NCBI GenBank assembly: GCA_964022095.1
Contig: CAXHZO010000001.1
Span: 32,001-96,000, forward strand
From: an uncultured Arcobacteraceae bacterium
Lineage (GTDB): Bacteria > Campylobacterota > Campylobacteria > Campylobacterales > Arcobacteraceae
Length of the DNA: 64,000 bases
Reading direction: 5' to 3'
Shown: positions 38,227 to 47,726 of the stretch, piece after piece
Layout of the letters: each line of letters starts with the position of its first letter
Numbering within the stretch: the first letter of the stretch is position 1
The notes under the pieces: model-generated
Databases searched by the model: none
Told to the model about the DNA's origin: nothing
The model's input: only the letters and a program-made list of their open reading frames with translations
Position numbers and translations under genes: made by a program

Positions 38227-40167
38227 ATGTTAAAAAAACAGATTTTTATACTCATACTATCTACATGCCTACCTATAATACTAGCAGCACAAAATGTAGA
38301 GTTAGAGCCTGTAAAATTAATAAAAAAAGATGAACAAACTATTGAGCAAACTACAACAAACCAAGCAGATACTATTGTTCAAGATAAACAATCAGAGCAA
38401 AATACAGATACGATTACAAAAGACGATATCGAGAACCAAATTGAACAACAAAATAAACTTTTAGAAAAAGTTATAGAAAATATAAATGATGAGTCTTATT
38501 TAAAAACTTTAAGCAGTAATAAAATTTATAATGAACATATTGAGTTTCTAACAAATAGAATAAATATAAATAAAAAACTAAATAATACCTTAGCAGTACA
38601 AAGAGATGAACTAGACTTAATCCTTACAAGAGGAAAACTAAACTATGAGAATACTTTAAAGTCAATAATCCTTGCTAAACAAGAGTACAAAGACAAAAAA
38701 TATTTTGTTGATTTAATAAATAAAAATATTGATTTAATAAATAGTAAAAACTTAGATGAATACAAAGATGTTTATGAATTAGAAAAAAACCATGACAATA
38801 AAATTTCAAGTCAATTTGTTGAAAACTATATTGACCTATACAACCAATCAAATACTCAACAATTTGTCTTAACATATCTTTTAGAAAATATGTCAAAATA
38901 TAGACCTACAAACTTTTTCATTGATGAGTTTAACTTACAATATTTAGTTGATAAAATTGATTCCTTAAAGGGTATATCTTTTGTTTCAAAACTAACTTCA
39001 TACTATTTAAAGTTTTCTATTGGTGAAATTGCTGTAGTTATATTTATTATTTTCTTTTTTAGATTATTAAATAAATACATAATCTCACTACTTGCAAACT
39101 TTATTTCAAGAATATTTGTAAAAGCTAAAGATGAAGATAGTGAGAGTATCAGACAATACTTAAGAATGTCTATTGATTCTCCAATGAAATATGCCCTATA
39201 TACTTTGGCTATTCAGATTTCTATATTTATATTAATAAAAGATGAAGAGTTAATTAATACTTTAATGCCTTGGATAAATACAGTTTATATTGCTATCTTA
39301 ACATGGGCTATTTATGCAGTTATAAATAATAGTATAAATATTTATGCTCATACTTTACTTGAAAAATATCCAAATGTTAGAAAAGAGATGATTGTATTTT
39401 TACTAAGAATTGTAAAAATTATACTAATTATGCTGGTTCTTTTATTTTTACTTTCACAATTAGGAATTGATATCAAAGCGATTGCTGCATCACTTGGGGT
39501 TGGTGGTATCGCTGTTGCTCTTGCTTCTAAAGATACTTTAGCTAACTTCTTTGGATCATTAAATATTATGACTGATAACTCTTTCTCTCAAGGTGATTGG
39601 ATAAAAACACCTGAAGTTGAAGGAACAGTTGTTGATATAAGAATGAGGACTACAAGAATCAGAACATTTGATAATGCAATGATTACAATACCAAATTCAC
39701 AACTTGCCAATTCACATATTATGAACTGGTCAAAAAGAAGAATCGGTAGAAGAATAAAAATGAGTCTTGGAATTACTTATGAAAGTGAAATGAGTGATAT
39801 AAAAAATTTAAAAGACGATATTTTTGAAATGCTAAAAAATCATCCTGAAATTGCTACAGATTTAAATACACATATAACAAAAACAAAAGCTTTTGAAGTT
39901 GCAAAAAGAGAAGATTTACAAGGAGTTAAAAATACACTTTTAGTATATATTGATGAGTTTGCAGGATCATCTATAAATATTTTGATTTATTGTTTCTCAA
40001 AAAGCCCTGCTTGGGAAGATTGGTTAAAAACAAAAGAGGATGTGATTATGAAAATATCTGCTTTATGTGATAAAAACAATTGTGAAATTGCTTATCCAAC
40101 TCAAGCAATTACAATCAAAAACCCAACACAAATTGCAACAATGCAAGATAATAGTAAAGAGAGTTAA
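38227..40167 (+). CDS. MscS-family mechanosensitive channel with a large N-terminal periplasmic domain
   Basis: ASLGVGGIAVALA, GDWI, EGTV.DI..R.T.IRT.D and IPNS motifs. Confidence 0.92.
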   Translation: MLKKQIFILILSTCLPIILAAQNVELEPVKLIKKDEQTIEQTTTNQADTIVQDKQSEQNTDTITKDDIENQIEQQNKLLEKVIENINDESYLKTLSSNKIYNEHIEFLTNRININKKLNNTLAVQRDELDLILTRGKLNYENTLKSIILAKQEYKDKKYFVDLINKNIDLINSKNLDEYKDVYELEKNHDNKISSQFVENYIDLYNQSNTQQFVLTYLLENMSKYRPTNFFIDEFNLQYLVDKIDSLKGISFVSKLTSYYLKFSIGEIAVVIFIIFFFRLLNKYIISLLANFISRIFVKAKDEDSESIRQYLRMSIDSPMKYALYTLAIQISIFILIKDEELINTLMPWINTVYIAILTWAIYAVINNSINIYAHTLLEKYPNVRKEMIVFLLRIVKIILIMLVLLFLLSQLGIDIKAIAASLGVGGIAVALASKDTLANFFGSLNIMTDNSFSQGDWIKTPEVEGTVVDIRMRTTRIRTFDNAMITIPNSQLANSHIMNWSKRRIGRRIKMSLGITYESEMSDIKNLKDDIFEMLKNHPEIATDLNTHITKTKAFEVAKREDLQGVKNTLLVYIDEFAGSSINILIYCFSKSPAWEDWLKTKEDVIMKISALCDKNNCEIAYPTQAITIKNPTQIATMQDNSKES

Positions 40168-40174
40168 TCTCTTA

Positions 40175-40561
40175 CTATTTCTCTTCTAATAGTATATCAG
40201 CTTTAGTTCTTAACTTTTTTTTAGTTAAAAACTCTTTTTCTCTATTTGAAAATTTTTCTTCTTTTTTTATTTCAGTTCTTTTTTTAGTTTCTTTTTTTGA
40301 AGGTTTTTCATCTACTTTTTTAAACATTGTAAGAATTAAATAAATTGAAAAAACTATATTAAAAATTACAATTATCCATTTTGCAATTAATACAACTTCT
40401 AAAAACTCTAACTTTTCTTTTAATTGTAAGTATTGAACTACATCTGTATAAATTGCATTTGCAAATAATGCAATAATAAGTAATAAAGCCACTAAAGAAA
40501 CTCTTCTTCTAAATTTATATAAATAGTACCAAAAAAGTGCAGATTTTACTTGTTTAAACAT
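40175..40561 (-). CDS. Hypothetical 2-TM membrane protein
   Basis: Clean ORF with SD, two hydrophobic segments and a basic tail. Confidence 0.7.
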   Translation of the reverse strand: MFKQVKSALFWYYLYKFRRRVSLVALLLIIALFANAIYTDVVQYLQLKEKLEFLEVVLIAKWIIVIFNIVFSIYLILTMFKKVDEKPSKKETKKRTEIKKEEKFSNREKEFLTKKKLRTKADILLEEK

Positions 40562-40571
40562 TTTTTACTTC

Positions 40572-40853
40572 CTATACAAACATATTTATACCAAGTGCAG
40601 CAAGGGCCACAACTAGTGATTTAGTTTTTAAATCATCAATAATTTTTCTTTCTTCATCTGCAATTATAACTTCTAATTGCTCATCACTATAATCATCAAA
40701 AGTTTTATGATTTTCAGCTAATCTAGCTTTTGTAGCCATTACGGCTTTTTCTCTAATTTTTGAATCAATCATATCTTTTAATTGTTCACTTTTTACTTTT
40801 GGGTAATCTAAGAATTTATTTGTTTTATCTTTTATTTGTTTTTTAATTCCCAT
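40572..40853 (-). CDS. Hypothetical protein
   Basis: Clean ORF, helical, hydrophobic C-terminus; directly upstream of 40175-40561 on the same strand. Confidence 0.7.
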   Translation of the reverse strand: MGIKKQIKDKTNKFLDYPKVKSEQLKDMIDSKIREKAVMATKARLAENHKTFDDYSDEQLEVIIADEERKIIDDLKTKSLVVALAALGINMFV

Positions 40854-41023
40854 ATTTAATCCATATTTTTCTTTTATTATATCATTACAGAATTAACCAA
40901 ATATTTCAAAATAAAAAAAATAAGTAAATAATTTTCCAAAGTGAGTCATTTTTGAGACATTTTGTTGGTATAATTGTTCTAATTACTTAATAAAGTAATC
41001 AATAAATAATTAAAGGAATCATA

Positions 41024-41488
41024 ATGATTAAAACTGGAATTAAATTATCATTAACTGCATTTACAGCATTAGTATTAACTGCGCAAGCTTCACAAGCAAG
41101 AGAATTTGCTGATATCTATACAGAATGTGGATTAGGTGCAATGATTGCTCCTTCAAATGAGGCAGTAGCAGCAGTTACAAATGTAACTTGGGATTTAGGT
41201 ACAACTGCTATTTCATCAAATATCTCTTCTGAAGATACTTGTCAAGGTGGAAAAGCAAAAGTTGCAGCATTCATTAATGATAGTTATGAAAGTATTGAAA
41301 AAGATTTAGCAAGTGGAAATGGAAAATATTTAGAAACATTAGCTACATTAGCTAAAGCTGATTCTCAATCAAAAGAAGAATTTATTGCTTCTTTAAGAAA
41401 AGATTTCTCTTCATTAGTAGCAAGTAATGAGTACTCTAACTTAACTACTTACGAAAAATCTGAAAAATTATACAACGTTATTTACTAA
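41024..41488 (+). CDS. DUF3015-like exported protein
   Basis: Signal peptide; CGLG and D.A.G.G.YL.TLA motifs. Confidence 0.78.
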   Translation: MIKTGIKLSLTAFTALVLTAQASQAREFADIYTECGLGAMIAPSNEAVAAVTNVTWDLGTTAISSNISSEDTCQGGKAKVAAFINDSYESIEKDLASGNGKYLETLATLAKADSQSKEEFIASLRKDFSSLVASNEYSNLTTYEKSEKLYNVIY

Positions 41489-41497
41489 TGTTTATAT

Positions 41498-41527
41498 CAA
41501 GATTTAGTATTTATTTACTAAATCTTG
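41498..41527 (+). terminator. Intercistronic hairpin
   Basis: CAAGATTTAGTA-tttatt-TACTAAATCTTG, with no U-tail. Confidence 0.55.
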
Positions 41528-41540
41528 GCTAAATTTCCCT

Positions 41541-43382
41541 ATGAGAATTATTTATCAACTTATTTTTACTATTTTATTTTCAACTAGTTTGTATGCTACT
41601 CAAATAAAATATAATATTAAAAATAATCAAACTTTAAAAGAGATATCGAATCATAAAACTTGGGAAAGACTTTTATATGTAAAAAACTCAAAAAGTGAAG
41701 TAACAACTAAAGATTTTTTTCTTTCATCTAATCTAAATTTTTCAAAAAAAAATGAACTAATTGCAACTATAAACAATTATGAATTAATTGATAAAAAAGA
41801 TTTTAATAATAGCCCTAGATGTAAGTTTCCAGCTAGATACTTTTGGCTTTCACAGTATATTCAATTTCCAAATTACAAAACTATAGATAAAAGATGTACA
41901 AAACTTTCGAGCTGGAAGGTCTTAAACAATACTACTTCCACTAGTGTAATGCTTGTGAGTGGATATTTAGGAAATCCTGCTTCAACTTTTGGTCATTCAT
42001 TTTTAAAATTAAACTCTAAAAACTCAACAAATGAAAACAATCTTTTCGATTTATCAATAAATTATGGAGCATTAGTTCCCCAAAAAGAACCTATTATTGC
42101 TTATATTTTTAAAGGTATTTTTGGAGGTTATGAAGCAGGTTTTTCTGATAAATACTTTTATACACAAGATTTAGTATATTCAAATAATGAATTTAGAGAT
42201 ATTTGGGATTATAAACTTAATTTATCAAATAAAGAACAAAAGCTACTACTTTTACATTTGTGGGAGATTGTTGGTAAAAAATTTAGATACTTTTTTTTAG
42301 ATAAAAACTGTGGATATAGAGTTTCTCAACTTTTAGAATTAGTTTTAAATAAAGATATTGTAAATAAAGTAAGTGATACATGGTATATACCTGTGGAGAC
42401 ATTTAATTTTTTAGAAGAATCAAATAGATTAAAAGATGTGACTTATGTTCCTTCTATGCAAAAAAAACTATATGAGCAATTTAAAATCTTTTCAAAAAAA
42501 GAGCAAATAAAAATAGATGAAACATTAAAAAAAGGCTTATCTTCTTTAGATAATTTAGAAAAATCATTTTCTCAAAAAAACCAAATAAATATCTTAGATT
42601 TTTTACTTACATATTATAAATATATGATAATAAATGAACCAGAAAATAAATCATTAAAAGATATAAAAAATAAGCTTTTAATAAAAAGATTATCTTTGCC
42701 AATACAAAAAGAGTTGAAAGCTAATATAAAAAAAAGAGCCTCTCCTGCAAAAAATAATAAACCTATAATTTTTTCTACAGGAATTGCTTACAATTCTAAT
42801 ATTCATTTTTACAACAAATTTAATTTTTCAGTTTTTGGTATAGAATCTATTGGCTATAATAATTTAAAATACGATGAATTAGTAGTTTCTGATTTTTCTT
42901 TAGGATATAAAATCAATGACAATAAACTATTTTTAGATAGTTTTGATTTAATTAGAATAAAAAAAATTAAAACCTCACAAGTTGACTTTGATGAAGGGAA
43001 CTTACTGTCATGGAAAATAAAAATTGGAACAAAGATTATAGATCAAAAAAGTAGTAATAAATACAACACTTTTTTCAATGGTTCAATAGGAAAATCATAT
43101 AAAATAAATAACAATATTACAGCTTCATTTATGTTAGATGGCAATGCGCAAACAGAATATCCATATGTAAATACAGTACCAAATATAAATTTTGATTTTG
43201 ATTTTGGAAAACTTAAAAACTCTACACTAGTTGGCTATAAGTTAAATCCATATAACTCATCAAATTCTGAGTTTGTAAAAATACAAACTCAATATAATTT
43301 TAATAAGAATTTTGCAATTTCAAATATAATAGAAAAAGATTTTATGGAAAAATACTCAATTAATTTCAAATGGTTTTTTTAA
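41541..43382 (+). CDS. DUF4105 (Lnb-like) domain protein with a C-terminal beta-barrel-like region
   Basis: C.FPAR..WL, NPASTFGHSFL, E.RDIW.Y.L and YFFLDKNC; ends in alternating beta strands and a terminal Phe. Confidence 0.8.
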   Translation: MRIIYQLIFTILFSTSLYATQIKYNIKNNQTLKEISNHKTWERLLYVKNSKSEVTTKDFFLSSNLNFSKKNELIATINNYELIDKKDFNNSPRCKFPARYFWLSQYIQFPNYKTIDKRCTKLSSWKVLNNTTSTSVMLVSGYLGNPASTFGHSFLKLNSKNSTNENNLFDLSINYGALVPQKEPIIAYIFKGIFGGYEAGFSDKYFYTQDLVYSNNEFRDIWDYKLNLSNKEQKLLLLHLWEIVGKKFRYFFLDKNCGYRVSQLLELVLNKDIVNKVSDTWYIPVETFNFLEESNRLKDVTYVPSMQKKLYEQFKIFSKKEQIKIDETLKKGLSSLDNLEKSFSQKNQINILDFLLTYYKYMIINEPENKSLKDIKNKLLIKRLSLPIQKELKANIKKRASPAKNNKPIIFSTGIAYNSNIHFYNKFNFSVFGIESIGYNNLKYDELVVSDFSLGYKINDNKLFLDSFDLIRIKKIKTSQVDFDEGNLLSWKIKIGTKIIDQKSSNKYNTFFNGSIGKSYKINNNITASFMLDGNAQTEYPYVNTVPNINFDFDFGKLKNSTLVGYKLNPYNSSNSEFVKIQTQYNFNKNFAISNIIEKDFMEKYSINFKWFF

Positions 43383-44656
43383 TCATCTTTTTTAATCTCA
43401 CTAAGTGACTTTATAACATCAACTCCATATTTATCTCTTACTTTCTGAAGTTGGTTTGTCAAGGCTCTTTTTTTTAGATTATCTTCATATTCAAAAAGAT
43501 TATAAGTAAATTCGTTTACCTTCGCAAAGTTTGTTACACTAATCATAAGTTGTACTACTCCATGACTTGGGTGATTATCATTTTGTTCAAATAGTTTTGC
43601 CATATGTTTTTTAAAATCAAGTTCATTGAAAATTGTATTTACATTTATATAGTTTTTTGATTTTATTCGTGATTCATATTTGATTTTTATATGATAACTT
43701 AATGGATTAACATTTGCTTTTTTTATTAAAAAACATAAATACCTTGATAAAATCATAACTCTTCTTCTTAGCTCTTCTCTATCATACAAAGGATCAAAAG
43801 TTCGTCCGATTCCAATAGATTTTTTTTCTCTAAAAGTTGTTAACTTATTATCTCTTATTCCACAAATACGGTTGTATAAATCGATACCTGGTTTTTTCCA
43901 TGAATAAAACAGCTCTTGATTCTTTTTAATGTCCCCAAGAGTTTTTATTCCATAACCTTTTAATTTAGTTTGAAAGCCTTTTCCTATACCTGGAAACTCC
44001 TCTATTGGAATATTTCTAATAAAATTTGCAATATTATCACGATTTACAAACTTTACACCATCTGGTTTTGCATATTCTGTTATTAATTTAGATAGAAACT
44101 TTGTATTTGCAATACCAATTGAAACAGGTAGATTTAGCTCTTTTTGTATTTTTCTTTTTAAATTATACGCAAACTCAACTATCTCATCTTCTTCTATATA
44201 TCCAGTAACATCTCCAAAAAATTCATCAATAGAGAATTGCTCAACTAATGGTATTTCTTTTATAAGTAACTGCTTTAGTTTATTTGATAAATCATGATAT
44301 AAAGGATAATTAGGAGGAAGCATTTTTAATTGTGGGCAGAGTTTTAGTGCTTCATTTACACTCATTGCAGTCTTAACTCCAAAAGCCCTTGCTTCATAAG
44401 ATGAAGTAGTTATTATTCCTCTGATTTTGCCATTTTCATCTACAAAATAGTCTTTAAAAGTTTTCATACCTTCATTTGTCAAAATATTACTAACAAAAGC
44501 ACCACTATTTGCAGAAATTTTTCTAACCTCTTTTTTTGATGAAAATATATTAAGATTGCTTCGTCCTCCAACCGCAACTGGAATATGAAATAAACTCTCA
44601 TCAAGTGTTCTATGAGCTGATACAAAAAAACAATCTAAATCTAGGTGAATAAACAT
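43379..44656 (-). CDS. dinB: DNA polymerase IV (Y family)
   Basis: HLDLDCFF, SYEAR.FGV, SIDE, AKPDG and PGIG motifs; start at ATG 44656. Confidence 0.92.
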   Translation of the reverse strand: MFIHLDLDCFFVSAHRTLDESLFHIPVAVGGRSNLNIFSSKKEVRKISANSGAFVSNILTNEGMKTFKDYFVDENGKIRGIITTSSYEARAFGVKTAMSVNEALKLCPQLKMLPPNYPLYHDLSNKLKQLLIKEIPLVEQFSIDEFFGDVTGYIEEDEIVEFAYNLKRKIQKELNLPVSIGIANTKFLSKLITEYAKPDGVKFVNRDNIANFIRNIPIEEFPGIGKGFQTKLKGYGIKTLGDIKKNQELFYSWKKPGIDLYNRICGIRDNKLTTFREKKSIGIGRTFDPLYDREELRRRVMILSRYLCFLIKKANVNPLSYHIKIKYESRIKSKNYINVNTIFNELDFKKHMAKLFEQNDNHPSHGVVQLMISVTNFAKVNEFTYNLFEYEDNLKKRALTNQLQKVRDKYGVDVIKSLSEIKKDD

Positions 44657-44766
44657 AATACAAGTGTACAATAGATTCTATTTTTTATTTAATTTTATTA
44701 CAATTTGAAATAAAATTTGATTTAAATTTTTTTGTGATAGAATTAGGAAAAATCAAAGGATTTAAA

Positions 44767-44928
44767 ATAGCTACTTGTAAAAATTGCAAAAGAGAGATTG
44801 CCCCTAAAAAAAGACAATGTCCCTATTGTGGAATACTAAACCCTACTGTTACTTTAAAAGATGTATTTATAAGTATGGCTATAGTAATTGTAATTATGGC
44901 TATTGTTACAGTTATTGTAAATATATAA
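44767..44928 (+). CDS. Small zinc-ribbon membrane protein; probable ATA start
   Basis: CKNC..CPYCG plus C-terminal TM; AAAGGA SD 6 nt before ATA 44767; the track's GTG lies inside the extended -10 box. Confidence 0.65.
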   Translation: MATCKNCKREIAPKKRQCPYCGILNPTVTLKDVFISMAIVIVIMAIVTVIVNI

Positions 44929-44941
44929 GTAAAAACTCAAC

Positions 44942-46090
44942 CTAATTAATCAATGGAAGAGTAATAATAAACTTAGCCCCCTTGTAAGAATGTTTATCAT
45001 ATTTAAAAATTTCATTCTCTACTTTTATAGTCCCTTTTAAATTTTTAGTAATAATTGTATGTGTAATATACAATCCTAATCCTGTCCCATCTTTACCTTT
45101 TTTTGTAGTAAAATACGGTTCAAAAACTTTTGGTAATATATTTTCAGGTATTCCTCCAGCATTATCTTTTATAGTTATTACTATATTATTATTCTCATTT
45201 TCTTTAACTGTAAATATAAATACAAGTTTTTTATGTAAATTTGAAGCTTCTCTTAATGCATCCTTTGCATTATTTAATATATTTATAATAGCTTGTAAAA
45301 GTTGATTTGGATTACCATAAGAGTTAATTTTTTGATCTATTTCTTTAATAGTTTCTATTAAATTATTATCAAAAGAAGCACTAACTAAATCTATACATTT
45401 ATTTAAATAGTCATGTAAATTAAATATTTCAAGTTGATTTGAAGAAGTAAAAAAATCTTTGAAATCTTCTATTGTATATGAAAGGAGTTGGCTATTACTA
45501 TTTATAATATCACAGTCTTTGTAAAACTTATTATCCGATAAATTATCATTTTCTTTTAATATTTTCATTCCTGTTGCCGTAGTTGATATAACAGAAAGAG
45601 GTTTTTTCCACTGATATGCTATATTTGTCAACATTTCACCCATAGAAGCTAACTTTGATGACTCTAAAAGCATTTGCTCTTTTTCAAATAATTCTTTCTT
45701 TAATTCTAAGTTATCAATAATACTTAATATTTTCTTTTCTAAAAATTCCAAACTAATCGGCTTTAAGATATAACCCTCAACTTGTAACTCTATTGCCTCT
45801 TGAAAATAATTAACATCACTAAATGCTGTCGTAAATATTATAGGAACATCAGGATTCATTTCTTTTATTTTTTTAGACATTTCTATGCCATCCATTACAG
45901 GCATTTGAATATCTGTAATAATTATATCAGGATTATAAGCTCCATAATATTTTAAGCCTTGCATACCATCATCAACAGTATAAAGTGTTTCACAAAACAA
46001 TTCTAAAACTTCTGATAATTCTTCTTGAATAACTTTCTCATCTTCCACATATAAGATGGATCTAACTTTTTTCATTTTTTCACCTTTCAT
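44942..46090 (-). CDS. Receiver-histidine kinase hybrid with H-box His replaced by Tyr
   Basis: REC (VEDE, TDIQMP, KP), IAYQWKKPL H-box, intact N/G boxes (NNAKDA, DNAGGI, GTGLGL). Confidence 0.88.
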   Translation of the reverse strand: MKGEKMKKVRSILYVEDEKVIQEELSEVLELFCETLYTVDDGMQGLKYYGAYNPDIIITDIQMPVMDGIEMSKKIKEMNPDVPIIFTTAFSDVNYFQEAIELQVEGYILKPISLEFLEKKILSIIDNLELKKELFEKEQMLLESSKLASMGEMLTNIAYQWKKPLSVISTTATGMKILKENDNLSDNKFYKDCDIINSNSQLLSYTIEDFKDFFTSSNQLEIFNLHDYLNKCIDLVSASFDNNLIETIKEIDQKINSYGNPNQLLQAIINILNNAKDALREASNLHKKLVFIFTVKENENNNIVITIKDNAGGIPENILPKVFEPYFTTKKGKDGTGLGLYITHTIITKNLKGTIKVENEIFKYDKHSYKGAKFIITLPLIN

Positions 46091-47724
46091 AGATTAGCTA
46101 TAACTTTATTTTTTCCTTGAGATTTCGCTTTATACAATAATTCATCTACTTCATTATAAAGTTTACTTGTATTATTAATACCTATTGCTTTTTTACAAAC
46201 AAGCCCTGCAGATATTGTTAAATAAGATCCTATGGGACTATTTAGATGATCTATTTTCAAATTTTCAATAGACTTAACTAATATTTTAGCAAATTCATAA
46301 CTTTTATCAGCAGAAATAGTTTTAAATAAAATACCAAACTCTTCTCCTCCCAGTCTAAAAATATAATCATCATCTCTATTAAGTTTATTGTTTATTGTTT
46401 TGGCTACTAATTGTAATGCTTCATCACCTTTTTGATGTCCATAGGTATCATTGTATTGCTTAAAATAATCAATATCAAATATCAAAAAACATACTAATTT
46501 TTTATCTCTTTTTGCACCATTTATATATTTTTCAAAAGTTTGATTAAAAAAATGTCTATTATTAACTTGTGTGAGAGAATCTATTGTTGCTAATTCTTCT
46601 GCAATTTTGAGACTTGTGATATTTTTGTGTATTGAACTATATCCTATCTTTTCAGAATTTTCATTGTAATTTGGATATATTTTTAGATAAACCCAATAGT
46701 CTTTACCATTTTTATCTGTATTTTTTATTTCACCTGTCCAAATTTTATTTTCTTTAATTGTTTTCCACAAATCTTTATATACATTTTCATCTATAGAAGA
46801 ATTCCTTATTAGATTATGTCTATTCCCAATAAGATCTTCTTTTTTATATCCTGATATATTACAAAAAGCACTTGATACATAAGTTATTACTCCTGTTAAA
46901 TCAGTACTTGAAGTTATTATATTTTCATCTATTATTTGTATATATTCATCTATTTTCTTTTGGGAATATATTTCTTTTGTAATATCTTTTGTTGATATTA
47001 AGATTCTTTTGTTGTCAGGCATTAAAGTTATAGAAATATCTAAGAATATTTTTTTACCATTTTTATTAATAAATTTTTGCTGAAAATACTCTACATTATA
47101 AGTTTCAATTACTGAGGAGATAATGTTTTTAAATTTATTTTTATCTTCACTTGTAATCAAATCAATAATTTTTAAACTTTTTAGCTCTTTTAATTCAAAT
47201 CCAATAATATTTTCAAAAGCATTATTTGCATATAGAAAATGTGTTGTAAAATCCAAAACTGCAACACCATCTAGTGTTGTTGCTAAAATAGTCTCCAGTT
47301 CTTCTTTTTGTTTAAGTTTATAATGTATTGCTTTCTCTAGCTGATTACTTAAAAGTTCCTTTTTAATAGTTTTTATTAATATTGATTCTAATTTTTCTAA
47401 ATCTATAGGTTTAACAATATATCCGTCTGCCTGAATCTCTATGGCTTCTTGTAAATATTCTAATTCTGTAAAAGCTGTGAGAAAAACTATATGAATATCC
47501 TTATTTAATTCTAATATGCTTTTTGCAAGTTCAATGCCATTCATTCGTGGCATTCTGATATCTGTAACAACTATTTTTGGTTGATTTGTTTTATATAACT
47601 CTAAAGCTTCAACTCCGTCATCTGCAATATATAATTTGTCACAAAAATCTTCTAAAAATTCTTTAAGCTCAATTTGAATACTCTTTTCATCCTCAACATA
47701 TAAGATTGAATCAATTTTTTCCAT
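46087..47724 (-). CDS. REC-PAS-PAS-GGDEF diguanylate cyclase
   Basis: REC TDIRMP; two PAS domains; RDDD I-site and RLGGEEF. Confidence 0.92.
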   Translation of the reverse strand: MEKIDSILYVEDEKSIQIELKEFLEDFCDKLYIADDGVEALELYKTNQPKIVVTDIRMPRMNGIELAKSILELNKDIHIVFLTAFTELEYLQEAIEIQADGYIVKPIDLEKLESILIKTIKKELLSNQLEKAIHYKLKQKEELETILATTLDGVAVLDFTTHFLYANNAFENIIGFELKELKSLKIIDLITSEDKNKFKNIISSVIETYNVEYFQQKFINKNGKKIFLDISITLMPDNKRILISTKDITKEIYSQKKIDEYIQIIDENIITSSTDLTGVITYVSSAFCNISGYKKEDLIGNRHNLIRNSSIDENVYKDLWKTIKENKIWTGEIKNTDKNGKDYWVYLKIYPNYNENSEKIGYSSIHKNITSLKIAEELATIDSLTQVNNRHFFNQTFEKYINGAKRDKKLVCFLIFDIDYFKQYNDTYGHQKGDEALQLVAKTINNKLNRDDDYIFRLGGEEFGILFKTISADKSYEFAKILVKSIENLKIDHLNSPIGSYLTISAGLVCKKAIGINNTSKLYNEVDELLYKAKSQGKNKVIANL

Positions 47725-47726
47725 TT

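Noticed and set aside
36371-44000. tRNA-Leu as the integration site of a genomic island
   Set aside because: No integrase and no duplicated tRNA 3' end seen in the window
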